Counted from the first letter of the stretch, positions 1 through 13,068 are shown. The stretch is DNA of 64,000 bases from Camelus ferus (GCF_009834535.1 NC_045697.1:105030001-105094000); one strand, 5' to 3'. A program made the numbers and translations. Notes: a model not told the origin generated them from the sequence alone.

Positions 1-249
1 TTTTCTTTCCTCTTTCTGGCTTACTTCACTTAGAATGACATTCTCCAGGTCCATCCATGTTGCTGCAAATGGCATTATTTTATTCTTTTTTATGGCATTA
101 TATAAATAAGCCACAACTTCTTTATCCAGTCATCTGTCGATGGACACTTAGGTTGCTTCCACGTCTTGGCTATTGTAAATAGTGCTGCTGTGAACATTGG
201 GGTGCAGGTGTCTTTTTGAATTAGAGTTCCCTCTGGATACATGCCCGGT
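1..249 (-). mobile_element. LINE-1 3' fragment (ORF2 C-terminus / 3'UTR), cut by window edge
   Basis: Minus-strand translation DTCTPMFTAALFTIAKTWKQPKCPSTDDWIKKLW is the L1 ORF2 C-terminus. Closely resembles the + strand copy near 36770-37030. Confidence 0.9.
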
Positions 250-1119
250 AGACGTTCAATATGTGTTTTCAAGGATGAGTTTGAGTTAGCAGTAAGAAAG
301 CTTTGTGTTTTTACTGAAACCCTCTCGTTTCCCTTTCTTTTCTTCAAGAAGGAAAGAGTTCTTCTCAAAGAAAGGTGGTGATGGTGTTGGCTCTTGTGCC
401 CTGAAAACGGAGAAGAGTCGAGATTCCTTCAGGTTAGCGTGTGAAACTGGACAGGCAGCAGAGAAACAGATACTAGGGCTTCTCTGTAATTTGTTTCTGT
501 TTTCACTAAATGTGGTTTTTGAGCTTTTCAGGAAGAGTTGACTTCTGCTTCCAGTTTTGCAAACCACAAGTTGGCTTTCAGGAAATGTGCGGCACGTAGG
601 TGCTTTTTGGTAACTGGTCAGCCGCTCATTATTAAGTAAAATCCGTGTTTGCGATCATGCCAGTCCTACTCATCAAAAATCCATGGTTAAAGGGGCAGCA
701 GGAAGAAGGAACTAAATAGGTTTTTTTTAAATACTCAAATTTGGAAAGTGGTAGAAGAGGACACTCAAAATATTTCTCTATGTCCTAGCAGGTAGTGAAC
801 GGGCTTTTTCTTCTTAGGTCACGTATCGTTTTTGATTGTTAACCTCGAGACTTTCTTAGCCAGGATTCTCCTCTGAACCACAGGATACAAAAAAGGACCC
901 AAGTGTTTTCCCCTGCTCCCAAGGATGCTGATGTCAGGAAGTGTGAAGCCTGACATTTGACTCCCACATTTACCTGCCATGATTCCAAGGATGCTGGAAG
1001 CAGATGGGGGACTCCAAGTCAGAGTCGAGGACTGTACTGATCACCGCTATCATGGTCCTCAGAGTATGAATTCCTCAAGGCCCAGTCCCCACAGAGGGCC
1101 TGATGACACCTGCCTGTGG

Positions 1120-1339
1120 AGTGTTACAAGAGAGGAACCCAGATTTCAGGAAAACCAGATCTTTTATGACAGGCGGTCAAGCCTGCTGTTCGCTCTAGGG
1201 GAAGACACAAACTTTATCTTCCAAGGCTCTGTGCTCTACAAACATCCTTGAAAAGACAGTCCAGGACCAAAGCAGCCAGTATGTCTGCTCACTAGAAGTA
1301 CAGAAATACCGGAGACCCAAAGAGAATTGTGTCCCAGCA
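1120..1339 (-). mobile_element. Old ERVL-class LTR fragment (LTR40-like); may extend further left
   Basis: Reverse complement begins tgctgggacacaattctct...gggtctcc and continues to cttttcaaggatgtttgtag, matching a recalled LTR40-type 5' end. Confidence 0.55.
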
Positions 1340-1560
1340 CATAGGTAGCTGGAACGATTCTAGATGTAGAGAAGAGATGTTAATTCATTACGTACATGGA
1401 TGCCCTGGGACCTCATTCTCTCCTAGGGCCTGGGCTGAGCAAAACTGCTAGACCTTTGCTATCAGCCGTTATTTCCCAAATGCCTAGAGTTCCTCTAAAA
1501 TGCTTTGAATCAAAGAAGAGAAAGAGACTATCAGAAATTCTCTTTTAAAAGTAATACTTT

Positions 1561-1746
1561 CCAAGTAAACAACAAGGACCTACTGTAGAGCGCAGGGAAC
1601 TATATTCAGTATCTTGTAATAGCCTATGATGGAAAAGACTCTGAAAAAGAATATCTGTATCTGTGTGTATAACTGAATCACTTTGCTGTCCACCAGAAAC
1701 TAACACAACATTGTGAATCAGCTATACTTCAATAAAAAATTTTTTA
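1561..1746 (+). mobile_element. 5'-truncated L1 tail with 14-bp target-site duplication
   Basis: L1 3'UTR sequence (caacaaggacctactg...ctatacttcaataaaaa) flanked by AAAAGTAATACTTT at 1547-1560 and 1747-1760. TTTT/AAAA endonuclease site. Confidence 0.9.
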
Positions 1747-4700
1747 AAAAGTAATACTTTCTTCTACTGCTTTTTGACAAAATGTAAGTATTATATTCTA
1801 AAGAATTCAATAGTTAAGAAAAAATTTTTGATCCTTGTTACCAAAAAAACAAAATAAACCCCAAATTCTAAAAAGTAGGGGGGAGATGGTTTATAGAAGG
1901 AAGCTCATGTTTACAATTTCCTGTGTTGAAAAGAAAGATTTGGGTGGTTTACTTATGGGAGACACCTGTGAGACATGCCATCCTCTGGCCCTTGCTGGCC
2001 AAGGGGAGAACTCTGCTTGGGTCTCAGAACATTTATTTAACCGCTTCTTGCCTCACCCCTACTCCTGCCCAGTGCAGATGTTGGTGAAAAGTTTCTTATT
2101 TTCACGCAGCTACTCTGTTCTGTTCCCCAAACTTTGGCTGTGCGCGTCTCCTCTTTCACGGGACTCCAGTTCTCCATGTGACTTCTTATGCCTCATCTCC
2201 ATAGAGACTGTTTCCAGACTTGGTTTTGCTTCCTCTCAAAGAACAGTCCAGCTTGCAAAGTTTGTGTCCACATGGGATTCGAAAATCCAAAGGAGAGGTC
2301 CTGAGCTGGGACTTCTGAGATGCTGTGGGGAAACCCAGGAGCTCAAATAGAGAAATTTAGGGCTAAGCTGGAGTCTGCCGGGCTCTCTTGGCGAACCAGT
2401 GAGTGTAGGGTCGCATAGCACATCTGGACGTTGAAAGACAACAAAAAGATCATGGGAAACAAACGAAGAAACAAAAAAGGCTTGTGTTGAGAGCTTGACT
2501 CTGGACTGGGACATCTGACCCTGAGTTCCTGTTTGGGGACAGGCTGGAGAAAGCCTGCCTAAGGACAGACAAGCCCTTACCCTCTGCATCTGCTTTGCAA
2601 CAATTCTTTCACTTTAAAAGGGGTATTTTCCCTTTACAAAAAACCCCCAAAAACACATAGACACACACTTTTTTTTTTAAAAAAGAAAGATGTGAGGATT
2701 AAGTAGATAATAGCTATAAAATAATGATCTTTAGTTTTAAAGAGCCTGATCAATCCACACATTGTCGCTTTGTCTTCCTCTCGTGGCTGTCCTCTCTCTC
2801 TGCAGGTAGACAGCTGTCATTTAAGCGCTTAACTCTATGACGAGGAATGGCTGTTGGCGGTGTGGTAAAACATCTCGTCCTCCACCACCACCACCTCCAC
2901 CTCCAAGCACCTCGAGTAATTGCTGGGAGAGAAAATGGCAATGGTTGGGCTAAAACTCTGGTCTTAAATTCCCTGTCAGAGCGTCACTCATGCCTTCCTC
3001 TCCCTGACTGATTAGTAAGACACCGTTACAGGTTCGTTTTCTGCTAAAGAATTGAGTGCCTTTGCTGCTGGTGATGTAGATCACTTTGGGATTTACAGGT
3101 TTCTTTGCTTGGCATGAAATAGATTTTATGACTTCCAAATGAATGGCTGCAAAGGGGGGCTATAAATATGTTGTTCGAAGGATAATGTGTTTAAAATGCA
3201 CTCCACCTTTTCTGATCAAAGGGTAGCAAACCTTCTGTGTGCTAAATACCTATCAAGTGATTAATGCAGTGATAGTTCATGTGCCTGACTTACAAAACCC
3301 GGTTGTCATGTGAGAACATCTGAATTGGTTGCTCAGATGTTGCTGAAGGCTTTCTGTGCCAAGCACCCTGCCTGGCTTTGTGAGGTCTCCGGAGAGAGTT
3401 AAGCACCCGCTTTTACCACAAAGGCGAGAGAAGTGTCTGAAAGCATCACAGAACAACTCATGGCAACCTGGCTTCCCACCTATTGGTGCTCCAGGCCTTC
3501 GGAGAAGGTCTGTGACTTCAAGAGGCCAAAGGAGTGGTACTTCCCGGGGAGGCAGCTGGGGCTGAGTGGAGGAAGGGACGGATGACCGACAGCAGGGGAG
3601 GAGGACTGTGAGACGGGGTGGGGGACCGTCAGGAAGTGGAGCTGTGGGCAGAGTGGCCAGGCTGCTGGAGCAGTGGGGGAGCCCCTGGAGGGAAGGTGGG
3701 GGAATACATCTGTTCTTGGGGAGGCAGATGGGGGAGACTAGGTCTTACCCAGGTGGCTGGAGTGTGGCCAGTTGAGCTGGTCGAATTGGAGGAATGGGCT
3801 GGGGGTTTGGCTGGGAGACCGCAGGGGTAACACGGGCATGGGTGGTGAGAATGGGGTAGTCTCCTGTTAATGATAAGAGGGGAGACAAAGGGACAGGCCC
3901 TGGGAGCTTTTTGAAGTAAAAATGGCCAGGACGTGACGTTAGTTCTGCTAGAGAAGAAGCATCAAAGATAATGCTCAGGAATGTGGAAGGACAAGGAAGC
4001 TGCTCACGGAAACTGGTTTGAGCCAAAGAGGGTGAATTTGAGATGCAGAGCATATGGGTGCAGCAACATTGGATACTTGTGTGTTAAACATGTATTGGAA
4101 TGAAATGAGCTTTCCACATGGTGGCTTTTAAAGCAAGCTTCAAAGACCGTAGGGATAAGCCTCCAGTTTTGAAATCACTGAAGAATCGTTTAATTCAGAT
4201 CGACACGTATAGAGGCCCCTCCATGAGTCCGTTCACTGACCTTCTTACATTATTTTCAAAATCTGCAAATATTAAGGATGAATGTTAAGCTCACCAAAGG
4301 TTTACTATTCATTGGTTTCTCCCTTAAATGATAGTGTTTGGTCCACTCAAGAGGAATCTTGATTCCCACTGGCATTTTTTTTTCTGAGTTGTTACATGTA
4401 CATGACCAGATGGAAGAGATTTAAACATTAAGCGGTAAGTGTTGACGTTTTAGAGCTGTAGATCATGGGCTTGACTGTAGGTTCTTGTGACTTTATAAGC
4501 AGAAAACCTGAATGTCTCAAAAGTCCAAGCAACTAGTTTTGGTCATTGGATTCTGGTGTCCTAATGAGTGAGCCAATGTGGCGCCAGGTTGGACAAGACT
4601 AGGTCTTCTCCACAAACCTGGAGAAGTACAATAAGGCATCTCTAGTTTGGGGGTGTGGCTCTTGGGGCTACAGACCTGGGAGGACATGGAAAGGACTTGG

Positions 4701-4814
4701 CCATCCGGAGAGAGAAAGGAGCTGTCATCCTCACCACTTAGAGTGAAGTGTGATGTATTTGGTGTTCTGTGGGCTTTATACTATTAATCCTGTTCTCCAA
4801 ACTTCCACCCTTAG

Positions 4815-4967
4815 CCCGAGCCAGACACGATCATCCACGGTGCAGTGGCTTAACCCCCAATCTCCAGCCACCCCGAGCTGCACCCCGGCTGTTACACCGC
4901 CTTCACCCAAGCCGTCGCCTTTCCCTCCCTCACTTCCTGCTACCATAGCGGACAAGCCACCTGACAG
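4815..4967 (+). CDS. ARHGAP10: ARHGAP10 (GRAF2) third-from-last coding exon, Ser/Pro-rich linker
   Basis: Acceptor ttag ends at 4814 and donor AG|gtacga starts at 4968. 153 nt, phase 2-2. Encodes PSQTRSSTVQWLNPQSPATPSCTPAVTPPSPKPSPFPPSLPATIADKPPD, similar to recalled human PGQTRSSMVQWLNPQSP...PATVADKPPES. Confidence 0.92.
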
Positions 4968-5251
4968 GTACGAGGTTTGAGTGTGACATCGATGGTGGGG
5001 CGGCACACGGAGGGGCGGGATCAGCCTGAGCAGGTGTTTGTGCTCCCCGCGCGGAGGAAGCTGGCTCCGGTGCTCCCAGCCTCCTGGACGTCGTGGGCAG
5101 CGTTCACAGCCTTGTCTTACACTGTCTTAGCTTTAGTTCGAGGGCAAGTACGTTCTTAGGGGAAATTTGCCGTACGAGAGACCTGCTCAAACCTAATCTT
5201 TTTGGTGTGGGTTGTGCATCTATGAAACTGCTTATTTTTTAAGAACTTTTT

Positions 5252-5396
5252 TTTTTAGGTTTTTTTTACCCCTCTTTGGGGGAGAGGTAATTAGGTTTAT
5301 TTATTTACTTTTAGAGGAGGTACTGGGGATTGAACCCAGGACCTTGTACATGCTAAGCATGCGCTTTACCACTTGAGCTATATATATCCTCCCCCC
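5252..5396 (-). mobile_element. Camelid tRNA-derived SINE (Vic-1-like)
   Basis: On -: GGGGGGAGG...TAGCTCAAGTGGTA (A-box) and GGTTCAATCCC (B-box), then an AAAT/CCTAATTACCTC tail and poly-A. TSD AAGAACTTTTT at 5241-5251 and 5400-5410. Confidence 0.88.
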
Positions 5397-6245
5397 TTGA
5401 AGAACTTTTTATACATGAATACAAAGCACGTGCTTTGTTTTCAGTGAAGATAAACTGGGCACTGGAAACAGTTTTTAACAGCCGCTTAAAGGGCCAGAGG
5501 TGCTGGCTGTTAGCAAGCCCTTCCTCGGGGGCAGCCGGCTGAGGCTCCTCTTCCCATCAGTGGCTTCCCCTCGTCTTACTTCCTCCTGGCTTGGGTGCAC
5601 CTGGCTGGTAGCGTGGTTTCCATCCTTCCCCACTTGTGTTCGTTTCCTGCAAGGACACAGGACGTTTTGACACTTGGTGAGAAGCTGAGCCTGATGTGCC
5701 TCTTGGGGGCAAGAGTGAGGGGGTCAGATAAAGAAGATCCCGCTGAGGACAACGAGCCCCTTCCAGGGTGGCAAGGAAGCAGGCTGTCAGTGTAGACAGA
5801 TCGGAGTCTGCGGTGCATGGCTGTAGCCACTCGTGTCTGTGTGCCTCTGCCCGTCACTGCCCGCCTTCCATCTCGAGACACCAGTGCTTTTCTTTCATAG
5901 ATAAACTGAAATGCTGTGGAAATAAACATGCCTTGTGGCCCTAGTGATGCTGAATGCTACGAAAGGGCATCCCACCAAGCGGAGAGGAGAATTAGCTGAA
6001 GAGGTTCGGGGAAAGCTTTTCAGAGAGGCTCCCTCAAGAAAGATTTGAGTTTGAAACCCATCATTTATGAGTCAAGTGCTGTGGGTTTGTTTGATGTTCA
6101 TGTCCCTGCTAATTTCTTTTTTGGAAGGCGTGGCCCCGCTGCCGACATACCCAGGAGGTTCGGGCAGAGCGGGTGGGGGAAAGGTGAGGTTTCTTGCTCC
6201 CGTTTCCGCACGTTTCAGCGTGTATCCTGTGTGCTCCCCTTCCAG

Positions 6246-6337
6246 CGTCATCCATCGGAAGGCTCGGGCGGTGTATCCGTGTGAAGCAGAACACAGCTCG
6301 GAATTATCTTTTGAAATCGGAGCGATTTTCGAGGATG
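6246..6337 (+). CDS. ARHGAP10: ARHGAP10 penultimate coding exon, N-terminal half of SH3 domain
   Basis: Acceptor cccttccag ends at 6245 and donor G|gtaagt starts at 6338. 92 nt. Encodes (S)VIHRKARAVYPCEAEHSSELSFEIGAIFED, in frame with both neighbouring exons. Confidence 0.96.
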
Positions 6338-9300
6338 GTAAGTATTAGCAGGAGCTTTGTGGTAGGCTGTCTGCAAGCCCAGAGTGGGCAGGCGGTCCCT
6401 GGTCGTGGGCTTCTCGGGAGCACAAGTCTGTCCCTTGATGCTTTGGATGGACCAGAGCCAGCCTGTGTGGCTCCCAGGACCCGAAGCCCAGGGGGCTGTG
6501 GGAGAGCACCTTGGCTTTAATCTTGGTGCTTCTCCAACCCCTTTAACTCTTGAGGGTCTTCATTTGGGACATGTTTCTCCTGATGTAAAGAGGTCAGTGT
6601 CGCTTGGAGTTAAGAAATAGTTCAAGTTTGCGTCCTCTGTCTTCCTCTCCCAGAGTCCCCAGCCAAGCCTCCCAAATGCTTCAGGTTTGCCGGATCCGGG
6701 TTACAGAGGAGAACGATTGTCGACACGTTTCGGTTTATAGTTCCCTTACCGTTCTCAGGCTGTATGTAATTTTAGCTCATTTTAAGAAGTGTGTGAATCT
6801 CTAAATGTGGGTATTGATTTTGCATATTGAAACCAAGGTATAGATTATATTTGCCTGTTTAATATTTACACATGAAGCATTTAGGAGCTGTGCCCGGCTT
6901 TAAGATTTCGCAGACTCCTCCCATGATTCAGCGTGTGTCTCTCTTCTCCCCTCCCGCCCTTGATTTCTTCCTTCCCAGTCCTGCTCATTATGAAATTCAC
7001 TGGTTGCTGTGGAAACAGTGATGTTGTATGTGGGTGGAGCTGCCCAAAAAGAGTTCTGGAGAAGCAGTGAGAACCTTAGATGCTCAAAATGGAATGGCTG
7101 ATTAGCCAGAATGCTTGGAATATATGGGACAGATCAGCACAGCGCCTAGCAGTATATCGTCAGGGATGCATTTGTCGGTGGTGGTTTTTTTTAGAAAGCA
7201 AGTTGCTTCATTTGGAAGAGATTGCTATATCTGTGTGGTACTCCTGAGAGCCAGAGACTCCTGATAGTGTCAGAAAACAAAACAACAACAACAAAAAAGC
7301 TCACATATGACAGAATTACACTTGGTGGAGAAATTTTGTGCTTGGAGTGGAAGCAAGATCATTCCTCTCTCACCATAACGTGCATGCGTGCGGTTCTGCC
7401 GGGAGCGCGGGGTTAATAGCCACCTGGCACCAGGCCTGTCACGTGTTGGCGCTCCACACGGCAATTTCTCCACCAGGGAAAGCTGAGAGCGTTGACGAGC
7501 CGCCTTTGAGAAATGACGATGAATTTTCACCCTGTGTGATGAGCACTTGTCTGGAGCCTCTGGAACCCCCATACAGTATCGTCCGTGTGACAGTCACCTG
7601 GGTGGAAGGTGTATCTGGTAGGGTGCCTTTGGCTGCAAGTAACAAACACTGGTCAAGTCAGTCATGAAAACGGGTTCACTCACACAGGAAGAAGTCTGCA
7701 AGTGGGGAGCTCCAGGCTCAGTTAATCAGATTCTCAGAGATGTGGTCAGTGACCGCAGAGTGTCTGTCTCTGCTGAACTGTGCTCAGCTTGTGGACCAGA
7801 GCCTCTGGCTGGTTTCCCCAGTGGAGGGGATGGCTGCCCCAGTTCTGAAGAGGTGCCTCATCCTTACTTTCTTTTTTTTTCTTTTTAAGAATGAGAAAGC
7901 TTTTCCAGAACTTCCTTCCTCATTTACCTGCCCTAAAGAGGTGAGGTCATATGCTTACCTTAAACCCATTGCTGGCAAGGACTTCAGACCTATCAGCACG
8001 ACACTGGGCACAGGGGCTCCTCCTCTGGGCACACAGACACGGGAATGGGGCTCAGGACTTCAACCAAATCCGATCCTGCCAGCATGGATATCGGGAAAGG
8101 CTGATAGGTGTCTGACATGGGAGACTGAAGTTCCCCACCTCTGAAGTCCTCTGGTGACTTGCAGGAGTCCTCCTATAAAACAGCATGTGTGTATGTGTTT
8201 CTTTCTCTGATTTTTGTATACATGTCCATGTGTGCATGCACATACACACCATCACACACTTACTTGTATCTGTGTGTTGTGGGGACACGGGAGTGGTTGA
8301 CAGCAGGTAGCTGTGGATTGTCAACTCTGCACTTATCTTCCTGACATCAAATTGGCTTTTCCACTTTCCGTGTGACCCTGGATGAGTTCCTTAAGTTCTC
8401 CCTGCATCAGATTCTCCACCCTGATCCACAAGGGTGTTCCCATGGGTGGCCATGCGTCATGGCGGCATTTGGGGCCACGAGTTCCGTGCAGACATCTGTG
8501 GAGAATGTTGGCCACAGAGCCTCATGTGGCGCCCCGAGGACCTGGATCTGTTCTGAGCCCAGGCATGCCTGCCTCGGATTCGGGGCTCTGTGGTGCTGGT
8601 ATCCAGTGCTGTCTGGGTGGCCGGCTGGGGCACCCAGGGAGTCTCGAGTGTTCCTCAGACCCTACCCACAGGCAGGCTGCTCCAGAGGTGGCTTGTTGCA
8701 TTGACACCCTCCCCCTACATGAGCACACGAGCATCTCATCTCACATGAGCTCCTAGTCTTGCAGGCGCCTCCCCTGTCCTCCTGCTGTGGCAGACATGCA
8801 CGGGGAATGCGCGCAGCACCCACGCCACCAGACTGACTGCTTCTCAGGGCGGTTCTTAAAGGACACAGAAAAGGGGAGACCTTTTAGCAGGATTTATTCT
8901 TTTCTGTGCACTTTGCATCTTCATCTTCTGTGCATAGTTGATCGCTTAGCGAGACTTAATAAGCAGTTAGAAGTGTTTACCTGCTCAGAGCACGTCTAGT
9001 GATGGCCTCGTAGAATGGCTGTGGGTCCGTCCTGATGATGATCGCCGCAGGCCAGGCAGACTGGCGGCTCGCCCGGCATCGGCTTCTGTCACTCCAGGTG
9101 GCCACTGTTTATAGCTCAGCCACCGGAGGGTCACCAGGAATACATCCTTTCTGCAGACCAGCAGTGCGCAGCCTCCCTGAAGTGCCCAGGGCATTCTTCC
9201 TGTGTTTGCTTGTTCACGTGGAGCCTTCCAGCGATCATACATGCTCTTGCCTCATGGTCCCCTCTTGTCCCTCCTGCAGGCAACAAAGGAAATTGGCTTA

Positions 9301-10335
9301 AAAAGCCCAGTGGCCTTTGGAGAAGACAAGATCCAGGTCAGAGTGTCCCCTGGGCCACATTGTCAGGAGTTATGTGGTTGCAAATGTAAACAGCAGTAGG
9401 AAATCTATCCCCGAGTGTGGAAGGGAAAAGGGTCTTCAGTGATCGCCTTGCTCAGTCACTCCTACCGTGTGGGCCTGCACTGGAGTTTAAAGTCGAGGCT
9501 GAAGACTGATTTCTGGAGTAGACACACTAATGCTTGTTTAGCCTTTGTTCCGGGGAAGTGCATCCCGTATCCCTCAGGGGGTGTTGCATGTATAAGGTCT
9601 CAGGGCAGCCGGTGTTCCTGTGACTGCCATGGGGGACCTTCCCCTTTTCCCTGGGCTTGGAAAACCTCAGAAGTACTTTCCCCTGGTGACCAGTCAGTCC
9701 TGTTCTCTCTCCAGATAAGTGGCCCTGCAGCGGCTGGACCCACCAGTCCAGGCGGGGAGACGGGCTGTCTGGCTTGCCAGACTGCTTATTTTTAACCTGG
9801 AAACAGGATCTGTCCATTGTGGGGGGAAACAGTAGTGGCCCAGATTAATCTGTAAAAGCTGTTGATGATTCCATTAAAAGGCCTCCAATATATAAAGAGT
9901 AATCTTTGGAAAATAGTTTGGCATTATCTTAGAAAGTTCATCCATCTAAACCCCGTGACCTAACCTTTGTGTTCCTACGTATATTCTTAACATGAGGGAA
10001 TCTTAGAAAATCATGTTAAATAAAAGAGAATGAGAAATACGGCATGGAAGCTGCTGCTCCTCTTGGGGTAGGGAGGGTGTGAGGTTGGGAGATGGGATGC
10101 AGGAATGAGCCCAGGACGGAGGCCTCCACATCGGCCATGCTGCAGTTCTTAAGTTAGGCGTGGGTTCCTACTGTTTGTTGTATTATGATGATTTAGATGT
10201 TTGTCATTCATATTGTTTACATTATGCTAAAAAAATACCCCAAACTGAGAACAGATTCTGTTCTGGAGAAAGCACCTCACAAATTATTCTTGTCACTAGT
10301 TCACTGTCCTTGTTATTGGATGGTAAATCGGAAGG

Positions 10336-11058
10336 ACATGAAAAGCCACAGTGAGATTGAACCTTACACTCATTAGGATGGCTATTATCAAAAACTGACA
10401 AGTGCTGGCAAGGGTGTGCAGAAATTGGAACCCTTGTGCATGGCTGCTGGGAATGTAAGATGGTGCAGCTGCTGTGGAAAACAGCATGGCAGGTGTTCAA
10501 AAATCAATCCTAGAATTACCATAGAGTCCAGTAATTCCCCTTCTGGGTAGAGACCTCAAAGACTCAAAAGCAGAAACTCAAACAGAAACTTGTACACACA
10601 TGTTCGAAGCTGCATTATTCACAATAGCCAGAGGAGAAGCAACCCAAATGTCCTGTGACAGATGGATGGATAAACATTATGTGGTCTGTACATAGAAGAG
10701 CATATTCAGCCATAAAAGGAATGAAATTCTGACACACGCTCCAACCTGGATGGACCTGGAGCACGTTATGCTAGGTGAGATAACCCAGACACCGAAGGAC
10801 AAATGTTGTATGAGTCCACTGATAGGAAATACTTACAAGAGGCACACTCTAGAGACAGAAAGTAGAATAAGGTTACCAGGAGCTCAGGGAAGGGGGAATG
10901 GGGAGTTAGGGTTTAATGGGTACAGAGTTTCAGTTTGGGAAGATGAAAAAGTTCTAAAAATGTATATACAGTTACTTAATGCCACTGACCTGTGCATTCA
11001 GAAGTGGTTAAAATGGTTGATGTTACGTTATGTGTATTGTACCACAATTTAAAAAAAT
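10336..11058 (+). mobile_element. Old L1 3' fragment (L1MA/MB-like)
   Basis: Degenerate ORF2 end and 3'UTR motifs (cattattcacaatagcca, atggacctggag, gggtacagagtttcagtttgggaagatgaaaaagttct). Ends accacaatttaaaaaa. Confidence 0.85.
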
Positions 11059-12399
11059 CATGAAAGCAGGGAGCATTGGTGTAGCTCATCATGTACTCAT
11101 TGGGTCCGTACGGATGTGGGACTCGCCCAGGGCCACACAGCTGGGAGGTGGCTGGACAGGGTCTGTGGCAGAGGTGGTCGCAGTGCGTGCTGAGGGGATG
11201 CAGTTCTGTCTGCCACGTGTCTGGGAGTGTTCAGTATGCAGCCCCTTGGTGTGGGGCCTGGAGCTACCGATCTGCCCTGTCCCCGCAGGAGATGGTGGCC
11301 AGGTGGCATCTGGACATCAGGGAATGAGGAGGAATTGTCCTCATTCCTTTCCCACGGTCACCACCTCCAGGAATGCTTGAGTCAGGGAGCTCCTTGGGCA
11401 GGATCCCTGGGCACCTTTCCCATGGAATCCAGCCCCCTTCCCTGACGGGCACTGAGCTCTGGTGGCATTGCCAGTGCAGGATTAAGTGACAGCCTTTAAA
11501 AATCCTGCCATGAGGAGCGAGGTCAGAGTGAAGGTCAGTGACAGTACCAAGAAAGACACCTGGAGGGCGCAGCTCCCCTTCTCGTTTGTTCATCCTTTTG
11601 GCAAATGCTCACGGTCAGGCCCTGTGCCGGGGAATGCCGGCATCTTGTGTTAGAGCCTGGGCGAGCCGGGAGAGTCCCTGTGCGTGTCTGTCTCACCCCC
11701 CACCCAACACACAGGGAGTGTGCAGGGTGCACATATGGGGGCTCTGACCCGGTCTGGGGTGTTGGGCGTGGGCTTGGGGGGAGGGGCTACCTAAGCTGGT
11801 AGCTGAAGGCTGAGGAGGTGTGGTCCAGGCAGAAGCGGGGCAGGAGAGCAGAGGAGCAGCATGCACAGGTCCGACTGCGGGCTGATACACCGAGTGGGCT
11901 TCCAGCGCCATTGCTGAGTTGAAGAGGGCACTGAACAGTAATAGAACAGAGTGCACTGCACATAGTGAGAGAAGCGTTGTCTTGGGACGTGTGTGTGTCA
12001 GGCATGTGTCTGTGTCCTCAGTATCAGTCCTGTGGTCGTCATGGCTCTGAGGGCTTGTGACCACGGCTGCCGCGTGCAGCCAGCCCCTGGGCCAGTCAGC
12101 TGGGCCAGCCCACCTCTCCCCTTTGTCCTAGGCATGTGGCCACCACGTCTGTTCCTGGCTGTGGCCATGGCCACAGCTGGGGGCCATTAAGTGCTCCCCA
12201 GCCCTGGTGACAAGTGCTGGGACCCTGTGCCCTTTGCCATCCAGCCCACAGTCATCCTCTATGTACCCGTCATGGCTGCTTATGGAATGTGCAGTGTGCC
12301 AGGTGCTGTACCCTGGTGTGGAAGCCCTTGCCTTGCCCTCCAGAGCTCCCCATCCAGGGTGGCAGTCAGACAAGAGCCCAGACGAGGACAGTCAGGCCT

Positions 12400-12815
12400 G
12401 TAAGTGCTGAGAATGGCTGAGGCAGATTCCCTGGAGGAGAAGGCATCTAGAGTTCTCTAAAAAGGAAGAATTCCCCAGTGAAGAAGTGGCGGAAAGGTAT
12501 GTCAGTAGAAGGCACTGCACGTGCAAAGGCCCAGAGGCACGGTCGAGGATATCTTCAGATGATTCCCTGCCTGTGACCCGGATGCTGTGCTTTTGGGCAG
12601 AGTAAGGGGAGGCTGGGGAGGTGGCAGGGCCAGGTGCCTGTGTGCCAGACTCATGGAAGCTTGGGTTTGTTCCTGCATATGGTGGACTTTAAGCAGGGGG
12701 ATGCTGTGATCAGTTGTGCATTCTGGAAAGTTCACTGAGCTCCTTTGTGCAGTGTGGGTTGGAAGGAGCCTGACTGGAAGCTGGGGGACCAGTTAGGAGG
12801 CTGTGATGGCCAGGG
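12400..12815 (-). mobile_element. Probable L2 relic
   Basis: Purine-rich L2-like motifs (gcaaaggcccagagg, gaccagttaggaggctg). Heavily diverged. Confidence 0.5.
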
Positions 12816-12979
12816 GGCACCTATAAATAACTCTTGGGAAGATTTGTGCCGAGACATCCCAGAAATGGCCCCTGTTCGGTATTGGTTGAACCTTTAAGGT
12901 GCCGAGCCAAATAGTGAACTCACAGGAAGCAAGTACTTTGGGGGCATTTTGGTAAAAAGGGATTTCTCTTCCTTTTCAG

Positions 12980-13068
12980 TGCAAACGTCAAGGGAACCTG
13001 GCTGGCTGGAAGGGACTCTGAATGGCAAGAGGGGGCTGATTCCACAGAACTACGTCAAGCTGCTGTAG
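12980..13068 (+). CDS. ARHGAP10: ARHGAP10 last coding exon, C-terminal half of SH3 domain and stop
   Basis: Acceptor ttctcttccttttcag ends at 12979. Encodes (V)QTSREPGWLEGTLNGKRGLIPQNYVKLL then TAG at 13066-13068. Contains SH3 GW and GLIPxNY motifs. Too short to appear in the ORF track. Confidence 0.97.

Noticed and set aside
3315..3341. 9-bp inverted repeat AACATCTGA...TCAGATGTT containing two E-boxes
   Set aside because: Several such short inverted repeats are expected by chance in this length, and there is no independent support.
6338..6348. In-frame stop just past the ARHGAP10 SH3 exon donor (GKY*)
   Set aside because: The donor is consensus GTAAGT and early intronic stops are normal. 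There is no sign of a real truncated isoform.
10248..10264. Palindrome AGAACAGA-T-TCTGTTCT resembling a steroid response element
   Set aside because: The half-sites are 5 nt apart rather than the 3 nt needed for GR/MR dimers. About one 8-bp-arm palindrome of this spacing is expected by chance in 64 kb.
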